Positions 1-13,794 of a stretch of 64,000 nucleotides of DNA are shown piece by piece (positions within the stretch are counted from its first letter, which is position 1; each line of letters starts with the position of its first letter). A model generated the notes under the pieces. The model did no database searches. It saw only the letters and a program-made list of their open reading frames with translations, and had not been told where the DNA came from. Position numbers and translations under genes: made by a program. Source of the stretch: Antedon mediterranea. Taxonomy: Eukaryota > Animalia > Echinodermata. Location of the stretch: the NCBI RefSeq assembly GCF_964355755.1, contig NC_092672.1, positions 33,486,437-33,550,436 on the forward strand, in the 5' to 3' direction.

Positions 1-454
1 AACTTTCTTTAACCAATTATTTATTACCGTATTAGTTTTATTCGAATAAACGCCCCTCTTTGAATAAAAGCCCCTCGTAGAACATAGTTTTGAATAAACG
101 CCCCTCGAATAAACGCCCTGGGGCCTATATTTATTTCCTTGAGTAAACGCCCTGCCACATGCATATATACACATTTTGATACTATTTTTACTGTATTTTA
201 TCACTTCTTGATATCAATTGATGTTGTATTTTTGCATATGATTTTTTTTTTACCTGTTTTTATCATGATTGTATTTAATATTGTACGACTACGGTTTCAG
301 CCATTGGCTGTTTGTGTCATTTTAATAAAGATATACCGATATGAAATTATACATGTTACTATAAACCTGAAAAAATTAATGAATAAACGCCTCCCTCGAA
401 TAAACGCCCCCACCCCTAAAAAAAACGCAGAAAACTATTCGAATAAATACAGTA
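1..454. mobile_element. Right part of a non-autonomous Tc1/mariner/pogo-type MITE with repeated subterminal motifs
   Basis: Many copies of CGAATAAACGCCC between 43 and 410; terminus ...TATTCGAATAAATACAGTA (~436-454) is near-complementary to TACCGTATTAG...TATTCGAATA at ~25-49; TA at the ends. Confidence 0.55.
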
Positions 455-2574
455 TTCATTACTCGCACTGTTTTATTGCGACTGCATTGTACTCTTCATT
501 GAAATTACTGAAATCATACTTATTAAACGTTGGTACTGCAGTACCTGCAGCAGAACGATTTTATGAAAAATGATTTAAAAAAACCCTCTCCATCCAGGTG
601 TGATTAGACATAGAAATGTTTAGTTTGTCGGTTTATAAACAGAAAATTACTGAAAATGCCAAACTGTGGGTACATACTGTAGTATCAGTGGCTAGATCTC
701 ATATGATCCTAGATTCAATTCAATTTTATTTTACCAATTAAAATTTTACAATTTTACAATGTAAATTAATACAATTACTATATAAAAATATTTATATTAT
801 TTAAAACAATCAGTATATAAAACAGACATGAATAATAATTTTAAAATTTGTATTATTAAAATTACTATATAAAAATGTTTATATTATTTAGAACAATCAG
901 TGCGGTACATAAAAACAGACATGAATACCACAGGGATACAATATTTTAAAAACAAATAGATAAGAATATCAAAAATAGAGAAAAAATAAAGCAGCGAAAT
1001 TGAAAGATATCGACGGTATTATATACGAAATGAAATTGAATTTTTTCTTACCTTTAGAAATTGTTAGCAATTTCCTCCAGAGAACCAGCGTGACGCAATT
1101 GTTTAGGTACTCCAGATTTGGCGCGTACTAATGTAAGTAACTAACTGAAAGTGTTGGTTAATTTGTCATCACTTCATTACCTACAATTATCGTCTGCTTT
1201 ATAAATAAATCAACCAATCACAATACTTTTCACATGATCGAACGAGCCAATCCTGATTGTTCATAGTATTTAATCAATCTACTAAAGAATGAGAAACCAA
1301 AGATGGGAGTGGGTGAGACCACGCCCATTTTTCTTCTGAAAATAATATCGTTTATTGGTGAATATTTCAATCAATGTATTTCTTTATTGTTTGTTTTCCT
1401 TTTTATTTTAATGATAATGAAAACAATTAACGTGGTGATATGTAAATTTGTCTGGAAAAGCGGATTATTACGAATTATGCAAATCGTGATTAAAATGATA
1501 CATTTACAAGGTCTCGCATATGTATTATCTTATTTGTCATTTATTTATTGGACTGGGGGGACACGATTGCTTAATTAATTATTTTATTCATTTATGCCAT
1601 CTGTAATAAAGCGACACTTTATTAATAACTCGTACACGAAGGCTTAATTTTTATGCAGGGTTTATTCTTTGAATAACGTATAATACTACAATACATATCC
1701 TGGAAACACTGATAATAAATTTTAAGGCCTCGCACATAACACCGCCTTCGACCACAATGTCCCATTCAATGCCGTTTTACGTGATTGGCATTATACTGTA
1801 GTGTATAAGCATAATTTGCATATAAGTGGATTAATACCACAACAATAGAGGGCGCACACTTTAACACCATCGATGTTTATTTAGGTGTTTTGTGTATTTA
1901 AGCATACGAACTTGATTAAAGATTGGTTTCCACTTTAGAACATGAGCAGCGCAAGGACCTACGCATAACGTACACAATTTGACCAATCACACATGACCGT
2001 TCAAGGGGTTTCTTGCGTATTTCCATGCGTAGTCTGGTTGTAAACGGCGATTTGAAAAGACAATTGTGGCACACATACCGTGTTGGAGCAAGAGCAGTTT
2101 TAAAAATCAGCATATAATGCCTACTGTTTGCTGCTTACTTGGTATGCCAAGAAAGTGTTATTATTATACGACAACAATCGAAACGGCGATTGGCTGAGTA
2201 ACAACATTAAAAAAAGAAAGACTAGAGACTTGGCGAACGACCTAACTCTTTAACTGCAACTTGGTTTGTTTAATTTAACCACAGTACTTGGAGCGCAAAT
2301 CAAATACGTATTCCCTTTTTTAAAACTACTTCTTTTAAACATAGCATTAAGTTCACTGGTCCTAAACTTTGGGATAACGTACCAGATAAAAAGTGCTTTG
2401 TCTAAGAAGAGTTTTTCTTTTAAATTGAAACGGCACCTCTTATCTAGTTATGTTTAATTATCCTTTCACTCATTGTAGTTTTGATATTTAGTCTTTTCGG
2501 TACCCTGAATCTAAAAGTCTTCATTACTGTTCTTGTCCTGTTTCCGGTTCCCGTATTGTCCTGTTTTTTTTTTA

Positions 2575-2690
2575 TTTTCTATGGGCTGCCTTATACAAGC
2601 TTTGCTTTTTAGGAATGTTGCCCCTCTTATTTTAATAATTTTTACTGTTAATTTTTATTTTCTATGAAAGACAAGAGAAATAAATGTTAC

Positions 2691-2724
<34 letters not shown>
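2575..2724 (+). mobile_element. 3' end of a CR1/L2-group LINE with (ATTG)n tail
   Basis: ACAAGCTTTGCTTTTTAGG followed by AATAAA and (ATTG)n at ~2692-2724; resembles the 3' UTR of the LINE fragment at 33880-33985. Confidence 0.4.
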
Positions 2725-2805
2725 AATTAATTATGTCTTTTCTAATCTAATTGTGTAGGCAATGAAGTACATCCATGTCAATCTTGAATGGTTCATTTTC
2801 TCTTA

Positions 2806-2991
2806 AGCTCTGTCTACACTATAAAAAAAAAAGTGATGTGCCCATATATGGACATGGATGATGCAGGGAGTTGTACACTCCCTGGATGATGTCATATCAC
2901 TACCATATTTAGGTATATCACAACATATTTGCATGGGCACATCAAACTTTTTTTGTCAAACTAGTTTGATTATTGTTGACAGCTCAGAGCT
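2806..2991. mobile_element. PIF/Harbinger-like MITE family H1 (TIR AGCTCTGTCTACACTATCAAA)
   Basis: TIR-bounded element flanked by TTA; further full or partial copies at ~9897-10018, 10281-10413, 12362-12500, 12937-13040, 18260-18374, 28767-28910 and 61850-61885. Confidence 0.75.
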
Positions 2992-3294
2992 TTAATGGAA
3001 ATATAAGTGATATCATCCATTCACTTAAACGTCCATTCAATTAAAATTATGTTATAATTTTAATGAAAATATTAAAACCATATTTGTCATTTGTCATATT
3101 CTACAAAAACACGATTACGCTAATAAATCGAATACCGGATTTAATTCGTCTAATCCGGCTCATTAATAATGCATTCTCTTCAATACTGGGAATGATAATG
3201 TTGATGTTTATTATTTTTTGTTATTACCGGTACTAATTGTTTATAGAATTATGATGGTATAATGAGATTACGAAATATGAAATTTGAATATTTT

Positions 3295-3527
3295 ATTTAT
3301 ACTAGGCGACCTCTTCAGTGAAATAATGGTCTCCAATAGGGCCCAGTTATGATAAGCGAATGTGATGTACTAGTACACCGAGGTAATCCCCTACTCTTCT
3401 CGAAAGATGTACTATAGGTTCTTTAAAGTGCACATTAGCTAGATGTGTACACTGGATCTACAGTTTACAGTCCTTATCCAAGAAGACTCGTTCTACCACC
3501 AGAACCATGGACCGAGTGAGCCTCGAT
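3295..3527 (-). mobile_element. tRNA-derived SINE body resembling the Meta/MESC central domain
   Basis: Minus strand reads GGATAAGGAC..TAAAC..AGATCCAGTGT...TGCACTTTAAAGAACC...TTCGAGAAGAGTAGGGG; related copies at ~32385-32720, 37320-37420 (opposite strand) and 44985-45235. Family name is from recollection of the domain consensus. Confidence 0.55.
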
Positions 3528-3571
3528 TATATACCAACTATACCACAATATAGTGCCAATTTATACTATTG

Positions 3572-3749
3572 AGGCCAATTTACACAGATGAGTGATAACG
3601 GTAATACAAATCTATGTTAATTCTTATGACCATTTAAACACAACGCGGAGGGGGTGGGCGGTTTCTGCTCAGGATAGATTTAGATTCTACGTTAGACAAG
3701 CTACGCGGTGTTCCGCCTACCGTTACCACTCGTCTGTGTAAATTTGCCT
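3572..3749. mobile_element. MITE family H3 (TIR AGGCCAATTTACACAGA(C/T)GAG)
   Basis: Terminal inverted repeats; related copies at ~3860-3971, 38792-38912, 39925-39990, 49860-49981 and 62590-62757. Confidence 0.65.
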
Positions 3750-4164
3750 TTACTAGAACTGAGATTGTGTTTTAGCTGTCTAGTTTAATATGTCTGTGGT
3801 TATTAAAGAAATGAGATTATATCATCTCAAGAATCTAATGTTATTACTTATGATTACACACAACGCGAATCGGACGGGCGGTTTCTGCTCAGGGTAGATA
3901 CATTCTACGTAGGGCAAGCTACGCGGTTTTCGGCTTCTTACCGTTACCTTTTGTCTGTGTAAATTTGCCTTAAACATATAATGTTTTCATAAATGCAAGG
4001 TGGTTGATAAGCATCTTGTCTTTTTAGAACCATGACCTCGCAAATATCTCAATTGTTCCTAATGACTAATATTTTCATTTATTCATAATGACAAGTGAAG
4101 GATAATAATTGCGAAAAAGTGGACAATGATGATGATCAATACTCTTTTGGCGAAGAGTACAAAA

Positions 4165-4320
4165 TAGTTCTAGACCGAAATTAGTAAAAGATAAATATGT
4201 TGGCACATATGGCGTTTCATATATCACATATAATAAGTGAGTTCACATTTTCAGATTGTTATAGTTTTCAGACAAAAATCGTAACGCCGACTGGTGGACT
4301 AACATAAAAAAGACAGACTT
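4165..4320. repeat. Unclassified dispersed repeat (TTCTAGACC...GGCACATATGGCG...AACGCCGACTGGTGGACTAACATAAAA)
   Basis: Related copies at ~36985-37135, 40125-40228, 43845-43970, 50670-50711 plus 52141-52225 (split by a LINE) and 54598-54705. Confidence 0.55.
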
Positions 4321-5416
4321 GGGGGCAAGTCTAAGTACAAAATAACGACCATCAGGTAAATGCATTCGTTCTTTATTTACAACACATATAAGTTTGTTAC
4401 AATAGCATTACCATGGATCTATAAATTATAATTTAATGTATAGGTCCATGGCATAGCGTACACCGGACCACTAGTACAAATCTGTCTCTTTGCCGGTTAT
4501 GCATTACGTCATTGTAATATTTGATCATGCATAGCGGATTGTAACTAACGCCATCACAGGTCAATACCAACGAAAAAACACGCAAACGCTTGTGACAAAT
4601 ATGCCTCAATAGAAACCAAATAATTTGTTAATAACAATTTATATAGTTTTAAGATACTCAGTAGCCTATGCATTTATGTAGCGGCATTTGAAGTATAAAT
4701 TGGCTACTGTAGAGATCGATGCCAATAGGCCTATATAGTGGTGGGAGCTCCTTAAAATGGGCACGGTGTAGCCGTTCAAAATATTATTTATATAACAAAA
4801 ATAATCAAATAATCAATAATTCAAAAACTGCCCATTGGGTTATCTCTCTGGCCAATCTATAATACATAAATATTAATATAAGTGGTACAGATAGTAATGT
4901 GATTTACATATAAGTATTTTAATCTTAAGCTTGGTTCCCACTATTGACGTAACGTAACGCACACTATTCAACGGAAGAAAATCCCCTTTCAATAATTCAG
5001 TTTATGATAATTGTAAATACATTTATTATTCATATTACGAAGTTCAAATCAACTCGCAGTGATGTTTCTTTCTGAAAACCATAATTTGTACACAAACATG
5101 TTATTGTTTAGAGTTAAAAATTGTTATAATAATTTTATTTCAGAAACAAACCCATCTCTAAGCAAAATAATTAAAAACGGCAAATAATATTTTTAAATTT
5201 CGTTAAGTTGTTATTATTAAATCGATATAAACAACTAAAAAAACAACCAGAAAGATGTCCAATCACACTTGCGCGCGCGTGGGCGTGACTTTAGGCGCAA
5301 CCTTTGACATGCAATGTTCACGTGAGGTTACACGCCAGGGGTAGCCAATGAAAACCGTTTATCATTATGACCGCTAAACTCAAGTTGACCGGATTGTTCA
5401 CACTACGCGATAATAA

Positions 5417-8400
5417 CTAAATTTCGTGCAATTCTGCTCCAGTTTGTACTTTCTCTGCTTCACTTTTAAATTTAGCAGTGATTTCTTCAAATGTTTTGTT
5501 CTTTGTTTCCGGCACGACGAAATAAGTGAATGCTGTCGTCAGCGCTAAGAAGAAAGTGAATACCAGGAACGTAAATGCTCCAATTCCTGCCTGTAAATAC
5601 GCAAAAAAAGAAGAAGTTTTTATAATAATTGTAAATGTGGCGAATTTAATTATATTTAAACAACTTTCCACGCATGCTCATAGCTTTCTACGCTTGGATA
5701 AACTGGATCATGTTTTCATGTTGTCCATTTGCATTCCAAATTTCCAATCAACAAAAACCCAGTATTTATTTTATTACGCGAATAATACATTCGCCTAGTG
5801 GTGGATGTCAAATTTTCTTTAAGTGTCTGTATCTTTGAAAAGCTTTTAAAATATTGACGTAGCTACAAACCTGCATAAATGGAAAGGCAAGACCAATAAT
5901 AAATGTTGACCACCAATTGCACTGAACAGCTATGCTCATGGCAGCAGGCCTTGGGCCTTGTGCCCACAGTTCCGGAACCACTACGAACGGCATAGGACCT
6001 GATTAAAGATGCAATTTGTCAATAATTAGATTGAAAGTAGAAGTACAAGCTATAAAGACGATGGCACACAGTGATGGGTACCACCTCCTCCCCCAAATCT
6101 ATTATTATCATTATTCAACACAGATATGCATGACGTTAAATATGTCACGTATAACCTCGTGTATATTCATGTTTCTACCTGACGGCATGTCAAGCATAGC
6201 ATCATGTATATTCATGTTTCTATGTGACGTATGTCAAGCATAACATCATGTATATTCATATTTCTATGTGACGTACTTTATGTCGTGCATAACATCATGT
6301 ATATTCATGTTTCTACCTGACGGCATGTCAAGCATAGCATCATGTATATTCATGTTTCTATGTAACTTATGTCAAGCATAACATGTATATTCATGTTTCT
6401 ATGTGACGTATGTCAAGCATAACATCATGTATATTCATGTTTCTAACTGACGTATGTCGTGCATAGCATCATGTATATTCATGTTTCTATGTGACGATGT
6501 CAAGCATAACATGTATATTCATATTTCTAACTGACGTATGTCGTGCATAGCATCATGTATATTCATATTTCTAACTGATGTATGTCGTGCATAGCATCAT
6601 GTATATTCATGTTTCTACATGACGGCATCTCAAGCATAGCATCATGTATATTCATGTTTCTATGTGACGTATCTCGTGCATAGCATCATGTATATTCATG
6701 TTTCTATGTGACGTATGTCAAGCATAACATCATGTATATTCATATTTCTAACTGACGTATGTCGTGCATAGCATCATGTATATTCATGTTTCTATGTGAC
6801 GTATGTCAAGCATAACATGTATATTCATGTTTCTATGTGACGTATGTCAAGCATAACATCATGTATATTCATGTTTCTAACTGACGTATGTCGTGCATAG
6901 CATCATGTATATTCATGTTTCTATGTGACGTATGTCAAGCATAACATGTATATTCATATTTCTAACGGACGTATGTCGTGCATAGCATCATGTATATTCA
7001 TATTTCTAACTGACGTATGTCGTGCATAGCATCATGTATATTCATGTTTCTACCTGACGGCATGTCAAGCATAGCATCATGTATATTCATGTTTCTATGT
7101 GACGTATGTCGTGCATAGCATCATGTATATTCATGTTTCTATGTGACGTATGTCAAGCATAACATCATGTATATTCATATTTCTAACTGACGTATGTCGT
7201 GCATAGCATCATGTATATTCATGTTTCTATGTGACGTATGTCAAGAATAATATGTATATTCATGTTTCTACATGACGTATGTTAAGCATAACATCATAAA
7301 TATTCATGTTTCTACCTGACGTATGTCATGCATAACATCATAAATATTCATGTTTCTATGTGACGTATGTCAAGCATAACATGTATATTCATGTTTCTAC
7401 ATGAAGTATGTCAAGCATAACATCATAAATATTCATGTTTCTACCCGACGTATTTCATGCATAACATCATAAATATTCATGTTTCTATACCTGACGTATG
7501 TCAAGCATAGCATCATGTATATTCATGTTTCTACGTGACGTATGTCAAGCATAAAATCGTGACGTATGTCGTGAATAATACTGTTTCTGAAAAAAAAATC
7601 ACAATTCCTTTTGCGGAAAATACATGAAGGGACACAGCGTATGTTTATGATCCCATTGATTGATTGTATGTATCCCGATTAATTGTCTACGTTTTATTTT
7701 TCTAGGCCTAGCTAACATACCTGGACCGATGGCGAATCCGATGATATAAAGATAAATGAAAGCCAGTGTCACCCATTGCCATGCGTCGCCCTTAAATGAT
7801 TTGGAATTTAAAACAAAACAAATCAAGATTAAAAACGTACAGCCCATACCAGAAGGAAAGAACAAAAATAGGAGGTATAGTAAATACAACTTTCCTTCCA
7901 TTTTCATGTTTTTGTTCCGCATTGTACACTGTCATGAATTTTATTGATATAGTGTTATTCAATTGGTTATTTGTTGTATTGTATCGGATGGTATGTAAAG
8001 TCGTTGGTTCTGTGTACATGCAGTGCACATTAAAGGGCCGGGTTGGTGTACGAGATTTTAATATAAGGGTGTATCCTCTTAGAATAAGTGTGATTGGTAA
8101 ATATGGCCACTGATTGTTGTGAGCATGAGGCATAAACAAGCAGCAGAGTGGAACCATTTTTGTATGGGGGTAATAAACAAGGGTGAAACTCATGACTGTA
8201 CGTAATAATATAAAAAACACTATTCTATACTTACATCCAGGCTGAGTGATAGGGTTATTATTGCAGTTATAAAAATCATAGCGGCGTATGGGTATAACAT
8301 TAGCACACGGCGGCCAGTTCTATCCACTATATAAACCTAAAAGCATAAAGAAAATGTGTAAGGTGTGTTAAATTTAGTAAACGGAAAACATACTCTATTA

Positions 8401-11400
8401 CGTCACACACATACGATTATGTCAAAAAGGTATGAAACTCGATTTGAAAACATCACCAATCTTATAAACTGTCGCCGCTCGGAAATATAAATTAAACAAA
8501 TGAAATAAACTTTATTGAAAAGTTCCTCCACACATATTCTACATACTCTTTGGAAATCATTTTGAATATGTATATAATTATACCATATATACATATTGTC
8601 AATGGGAGGATTGTGGATCACATGACACTAACCAATAACCACTTCATTAAACTCTTACGTCATCAAGAGTGCAATTTCGTATTATGCACAATAAATTAAT
8701 GTGATGTTATAGATCTTAGGCCATGGGTTGTCGCGAATCGAAAGGACCTTTAATTTATTTTAGAAAACATTTCAATCAGCAATACTCACCGCAACAATCG
8801 TCATTAATACATTTACAAGCCCAGTTCCAACAGTCGCCAGGGCTATTGCATCGTCTTCCATGCCCGCTTGCGTATAAATCTCAGTTGCGTAGAACATGAC
8901 CTTAAAATAAAAACCATACAATACAATTATATTGGTGACCATGTTTGCTGGCAGGCCATGTCTACTGACAGACCATGTCTGCTGGCAGGCAATGTCTGCT
9001 AGCAGGCCATGTCTGATGGCAGGCCATGTCTGCTGGCAGGCCATGTCTGCTAGCAGGCCATGTCTGCTGGCAGGCCATGTCTGCTAGCAGGCCATGTCTG
9101 CTGACAGGCCATGTCTGCTGGAAGGCCATGTCTGCTGACATGCCATGTCTGCTGACAGGCCATGTCTGCTAACAGGTCATGTCTACTGATAGGTCATGTC
9201 TGCTGACATGCCATGTCTGCTGATAGGCCATGTCTGTTAACAGGCCATGTCTGCTGACAGGCCATGCATGCTGATAGAAGGCGCTGAACAACATCCACCA
9301 ACGCTAGATATATTGGTGACGTCACAAAACTGTAATAAAATCCCGAGTTGTCTATATATTGGACACTATTAAGTAGTGCGCCCGTTGTCGTTATTTTACT
9401 CTGTTTCGGAGCCTTTAATATTTAAAAAAAGTACTTACGGCATTGATTCCAGAAAATTGTTGACCGGCATGAAGAAAAACTGAAATTATTAAAGGCATTT
9501 TCCACCAGCTTTCTTTCAACCTGAGTACATCAAGCATGCTTATTTTGCCGTCCTCATCCATCTCCTGACTTTTCCTGTGTTCTTCCTTCATTTCATTTAT
9601 CTCAATCTCAACATTATCACATCCACGTAGCTTCTGCATAGCTTTTAAAATAAAATATTATTAATAAAAGAGAAAGGAAACACGTTTTAAGGACTGAACC
9701 CCAAAAGGAATTGTTACATAGGGGAAAAAGTATATAAAAACAATATAGTAGCCAAAATTACTTGATATTCAATTACTGTATAAGAATTGGTATTAAAATA
9801 ACATCATTGTTATTGTTATAAAAAGAGTTTAAATGCTGGTAACGTACAGAGTATACATACGACCATAGGAATCGTGGATCCGCTAGATATTCAAATAGTG
9901 TTGTGCCTAAATGTGGTAGTGCTATCCCCAAATATGGTGGTGATATGACATCATCATGTCAATATATGGGCATATCACATGTTTTTGTCACATAAAGTGT
10001 GACAGTGTAGACAGAGCTTAACGTATACCGTGACATACGTCGTCTTCTCAAAGGTTACACGTCATGCTTTTCGTTAAACAAATTTGCATTTGCGGTTGGT
10101 TACAAAATGGACCGTGGACCGTGAGAGTGGCCTATGTTGGTTAAGAAAACTACCAGCCCAGGTGTACATTTTCACGTAATCATCACAAGTCATCTACGTA
10201 TCTTTATTATCAATGTAATTATTGTATTAAAGAACAGTACAAAGTTCAGCGGTCGGAAACACAATAATAATTATTTGGTTTGACAAAAAAAGGGTGATGT
10301 GTCCAAATATGGTAGTGATATTCCCAAATATGATAGTGATATGACATCATCATGTCCACTCGATCACATCATATTTTTTTTGTCACATAAAGTTTGATAG
10401 TGTAGACAGAGCTTTACTCAGTATAGTAAATGTCGAGCTACATGCACTAGTATCCACAGTAGCATAATATTCGTGGCATTGTTATATTTATTATTGTGTT
10501 TCCGGCCGCTGAACTTTGTACTGTTCTTTAATACAATAATTACATTGATAATAAAGATACGTAGATGACTTTGTGATGATTAGTGTTAACATGAGATTGC
10601 TGAGGTGAGATTAGAACCGAGAAGCGGAACCATTGCTTGAATTTTTCATTCATAGATTAGCAGAGAAGCTAGTGGTGCTTTTTACTGGATACATAAATAA
10701 TTCTTACCTTACCTTTAGTAAAGTTAAGAGGCAATGAGTTTTTATAATCAATCAATATAATCATTATACAACTCAATCGATTTGTATTGCTATTGCTAAT
10801 ACTTTATTGATTGAGGAAAACTTTCCATGCAACAATATTGTAAGAGAACGCTTTCCCGCGGAAACACTACGACCTTTTACCTCTATTCAGTTAACTATTA
10901 AAAAGACGCCATTTTGCAAACTTAATCCAAATTATTACCTTCCCTGGCCTTTTCTTCATCTCCTCGGTTGATAAGAAGCCATCGTGGACTTTCTGGGCAA
11001 ATTAGCAATATCAAGCAGCCGCCCATACCAAACACGCCGGTCAACGCTAGACAAAGTGGCCAGCCATCTTCATCATTCAAAGGGTACAGTCCAAGCACCT
11101 ATAAACAAAATTTCATTATTGATCAGTCACGCGGGTATTATCTTCTGTTTTAAGTAGAGCACTATTTATTAGAGACAACATAACATATACTTGTGTGATA
11201 ATAATAAAAAAATGTTTACTTTTACGTGAAGACTTAACAAGTTGTCTTTATTGCAATCAACATATTGACATGCGTTATGTGTTCGATTTCTAAAAACTGA
11301 AGAGTGAAGACTAAAAAGACAGAGGGCGCACACAAATCAGGTGCTACGGTAAAGTCGAACTCGAGTTTTCGTATTGGTAACATTTGCCGTAACTATTATT

Positions 11401-13794
11401 ATAGTATACCTGTGCTATTAAAATTCCAACTGTAATGGCGAGTTGATGACACGTGCCAATTGCACCTCTCAAATTGATAGGTGATATTTCAGCTAGGTAA
11501 AGTGGAACAATGGTGATAGAAATGCCAACACTGAATCCGATGACGATGCGGCCCATTATGACCATCACATAACTGTTTGCGACCTGGCTAAGCCCAAACA
11601 TTAAAGAGGCTGATACGGAAAATACATTGTTAAGGATGAGGGCGCCTTTACTGGAATATAAAGAAATACACAACACGTAAAATAATATTAATGATCATTG
11701 TCAATTAATTATGTTGTAACAAGTAAATACGTCTTTGTTGTTGATATTTTTAAAGAAAACATTTATTCAAAATGCCTTCAAAAATTAAGAGAGGAAAAAG
11801 TAAACAATATCAATATCAGAACAATACAAAACACACAACGTGTAACAATTTGTTATTGTTTAATTTGTGAAGACCTACGTATGAACTAATCAATCAAAAT
11901 CAATCAAACTCACCGTCCTAATACGTCACTTAGGTAGCCTGCGATCAAAGCCCCAAAAGCGCCACCAATGGCGTAGATAGAGACGGTTGTTGACCAAAGC
12001 CATCTCAAACTGTCTTCTGACAAGTATTCTCCTTTTCGATCGTAATACGATAGAATGTAGAACTCTTGGGTACTCTAATTGAAAAAATGAAGAAAATTAC
12101 AAGTGATTACATCCGATTTTGTCGCTGTCATTATGTAGATCTTAAATTATTACATTAATTATCTCTCCATCAAATGAGTTCAGATCCAACAAAAGCTGAT
12201 TTATAATGTTGTGCTCTTTTTGTTAACATTAGAAAACATATTGAATTGCTTGAATTTAATAACAATATTTTAAAAAGATCAATGTGGGTTTTTTTTTTTG
12301 ATGGCCGTACCAAAATTCAAGTTGTTACATAAAACTAATTTTCTGAAACTACAGTAAGTAAAGCTTTGTCTACACTATCAAATTTTATGTAACAAAAAAA
12401 TGTGATTTGCACATATATGGACATGCTGATGTCATATCACTACCATATTTGGTCACATCACACTTTATTGTCACAAAAATGTGATAGTGTGAACAGAGCT
12501 TAAGTATAGGTCAACTAATTTTTTCTTTCTATTTTCTTTTCATAATTTGAATAAGAACTTTCTAATGCTGTTCCTTATTAATATTAATAACAAGTTTGTA
12601 ATTACATTTGAAACACCAGTTAGGACACCTGTGTTATAACCGAACTGGAATGAAGATCCAACTGTGACGGCCAACGTTGACAAGAACAACCATAATGTGA
12701 GGTTTCCCTATGGAAATAAACAGGTACAAATACACATTAATAGTGTGAGTGAATGCAAATAATTAACAAACAACTCTACAACGTTGTGCAAATTTGTTTC
12801 GGAATCAACTTAACTTTAATTTTGCATTTAATTGCGGTTCCTTTGTATGTTTAAATTGAATGTATTTTTGACACAGCTAAGTTTTATACAGTGTGGTGTT
12901 TGCTTGATACAGTGCTGTTCCGTACTATCTGTGTAAAGCTCTGTCAACACTATCAAACTATTTTGACAAAGAAAGTGTGATACACCCAATAATTATGGTA
13001 GTGATATGACATTATCATGTATGGGCACATCACGTATTTTCTCCAGTGTCAAATAGTGAACATGGTCATTTTTACTGTACAAGGATACAAATAAGTATAA
13101 AAAATTGATGCACATATTAATAAATAAGTAATTTTATATAATAATATTAATAAAAGTATTTGATAAATAAGTACTATAATAGGTTGGGTTGGGTAACGTA
13201 GTTTTTGTATGTGTATCGCGGAACGAATTTATAAAATCGCAAATAAATAAATTCACTTTCTGAATTCTTACTCATAGAACGATCAAAGTATTTGAAAAAA
13301 ATACCATAATTTGTGTAAGTTTACCGGGGAAAGAATTTGTAAAATCGCAAATGAGTAACTTCACTTTCTGCATTCCAACTCCTAAGACGATCACAGTAGA
13401 CGATCGAAATATACCATTATAGCTTTTGTATTGTATTTTAAATTGAGAGAAATTACACTTACAAAAATCATTGTGATCGTACTGCACCGTTTTTATTTTG
13501 ATAATAAATAATACATAATTTATTTTATTTATTTATTTATTTATTTATTTAAAAACATATTTATACAGGCATATACACAATCAAGTAGAAATATACTTGT
13601 TTTGCATTGTGATCCTGTTGGAAAAAACGGATACAAATTTAAATAAAAAATAAATTAAATATAAACTATCAACACTGAGAGATTTTCGTTATATTAAACG
13701 TGTATGGTCAACCATTTGTGATTGACCAATAACATTCTTAAATAAATCTTACCTGATTGTCTTTAGCAGGGGTGAACGATTTCGAACTAATCAT
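5417..13794 (-). CDS. Facilitated sugar transporter, SLC2A/GLUT family (MFS sugar porter), 11 coding exons, ~497 aa (GLUT-1x)
   Basis: Exons in transcript order: 13753-13794, 12606-12707, 11914-12074, 11410-11650, 10939-11098, 9439-9641, 8790-8900, 8235-8336, 7721-7790, 5871-5998, 5417-5590. All GT-AG, phases compatible, 1494 nt open frame. Motifs: GSSFQFGYNTGV, LGR, YLAEISP..LRG, PESPRWL, QQFSGINAV, VDRTGRR, GPGPMP, PETKNKTFEEI. Confidence 0.93.
6130..7575. repeat. Intronic minisatellite, ~41-44 bp unit, ~33 copies
   Basis: Consensus CATCATGTATATTCATGTTTCTATGTGACGTATGTCAAGCATAA with recurring variant units. Confidence 0.95.
8936..9276. repeat. Intronic minisatellite, 18-19 bp unit (CAGGCCATGTCTGCTG(G/A))
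   Basis: About 18 tandem copies, ending close to the acceptor of the 8790-8900 exon. Confidence 0.95.
10178..10582. repeat. ~95 bp inverted repeat pair enclosing a partial H1 MITE
   Basis: 10178-10272 (AATCATCACAAGTCATCTACG...GGAAACACAATAATAA) is the near-exact reverse complement of 10486-10582. Confidence 0.85.
12362..12500. mobile_element. Complete H1 PIF/Harbinger-like MITE
   Basis: TAA|AGCTTTGTCTACACTATCA...TGATAGTGTGAACAGAGCT|TAA; 3-bp TAA target-site duplication. Confidence 0.8.

Noticed and set aside
139-2457. ORFs 139-573, 1303-1578, 1916-2113 and 2266-2457
   Set aside because: Low-complexity translations of AT-rich or MITE sequence; no domain or coherent splice structure.
7792-8220. 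Overlapping ORFs on both strands in a GLUT-1x intron
   Set aside because: Intronic, no motifs; the real exons are 7721-7790 and 8235-8336.
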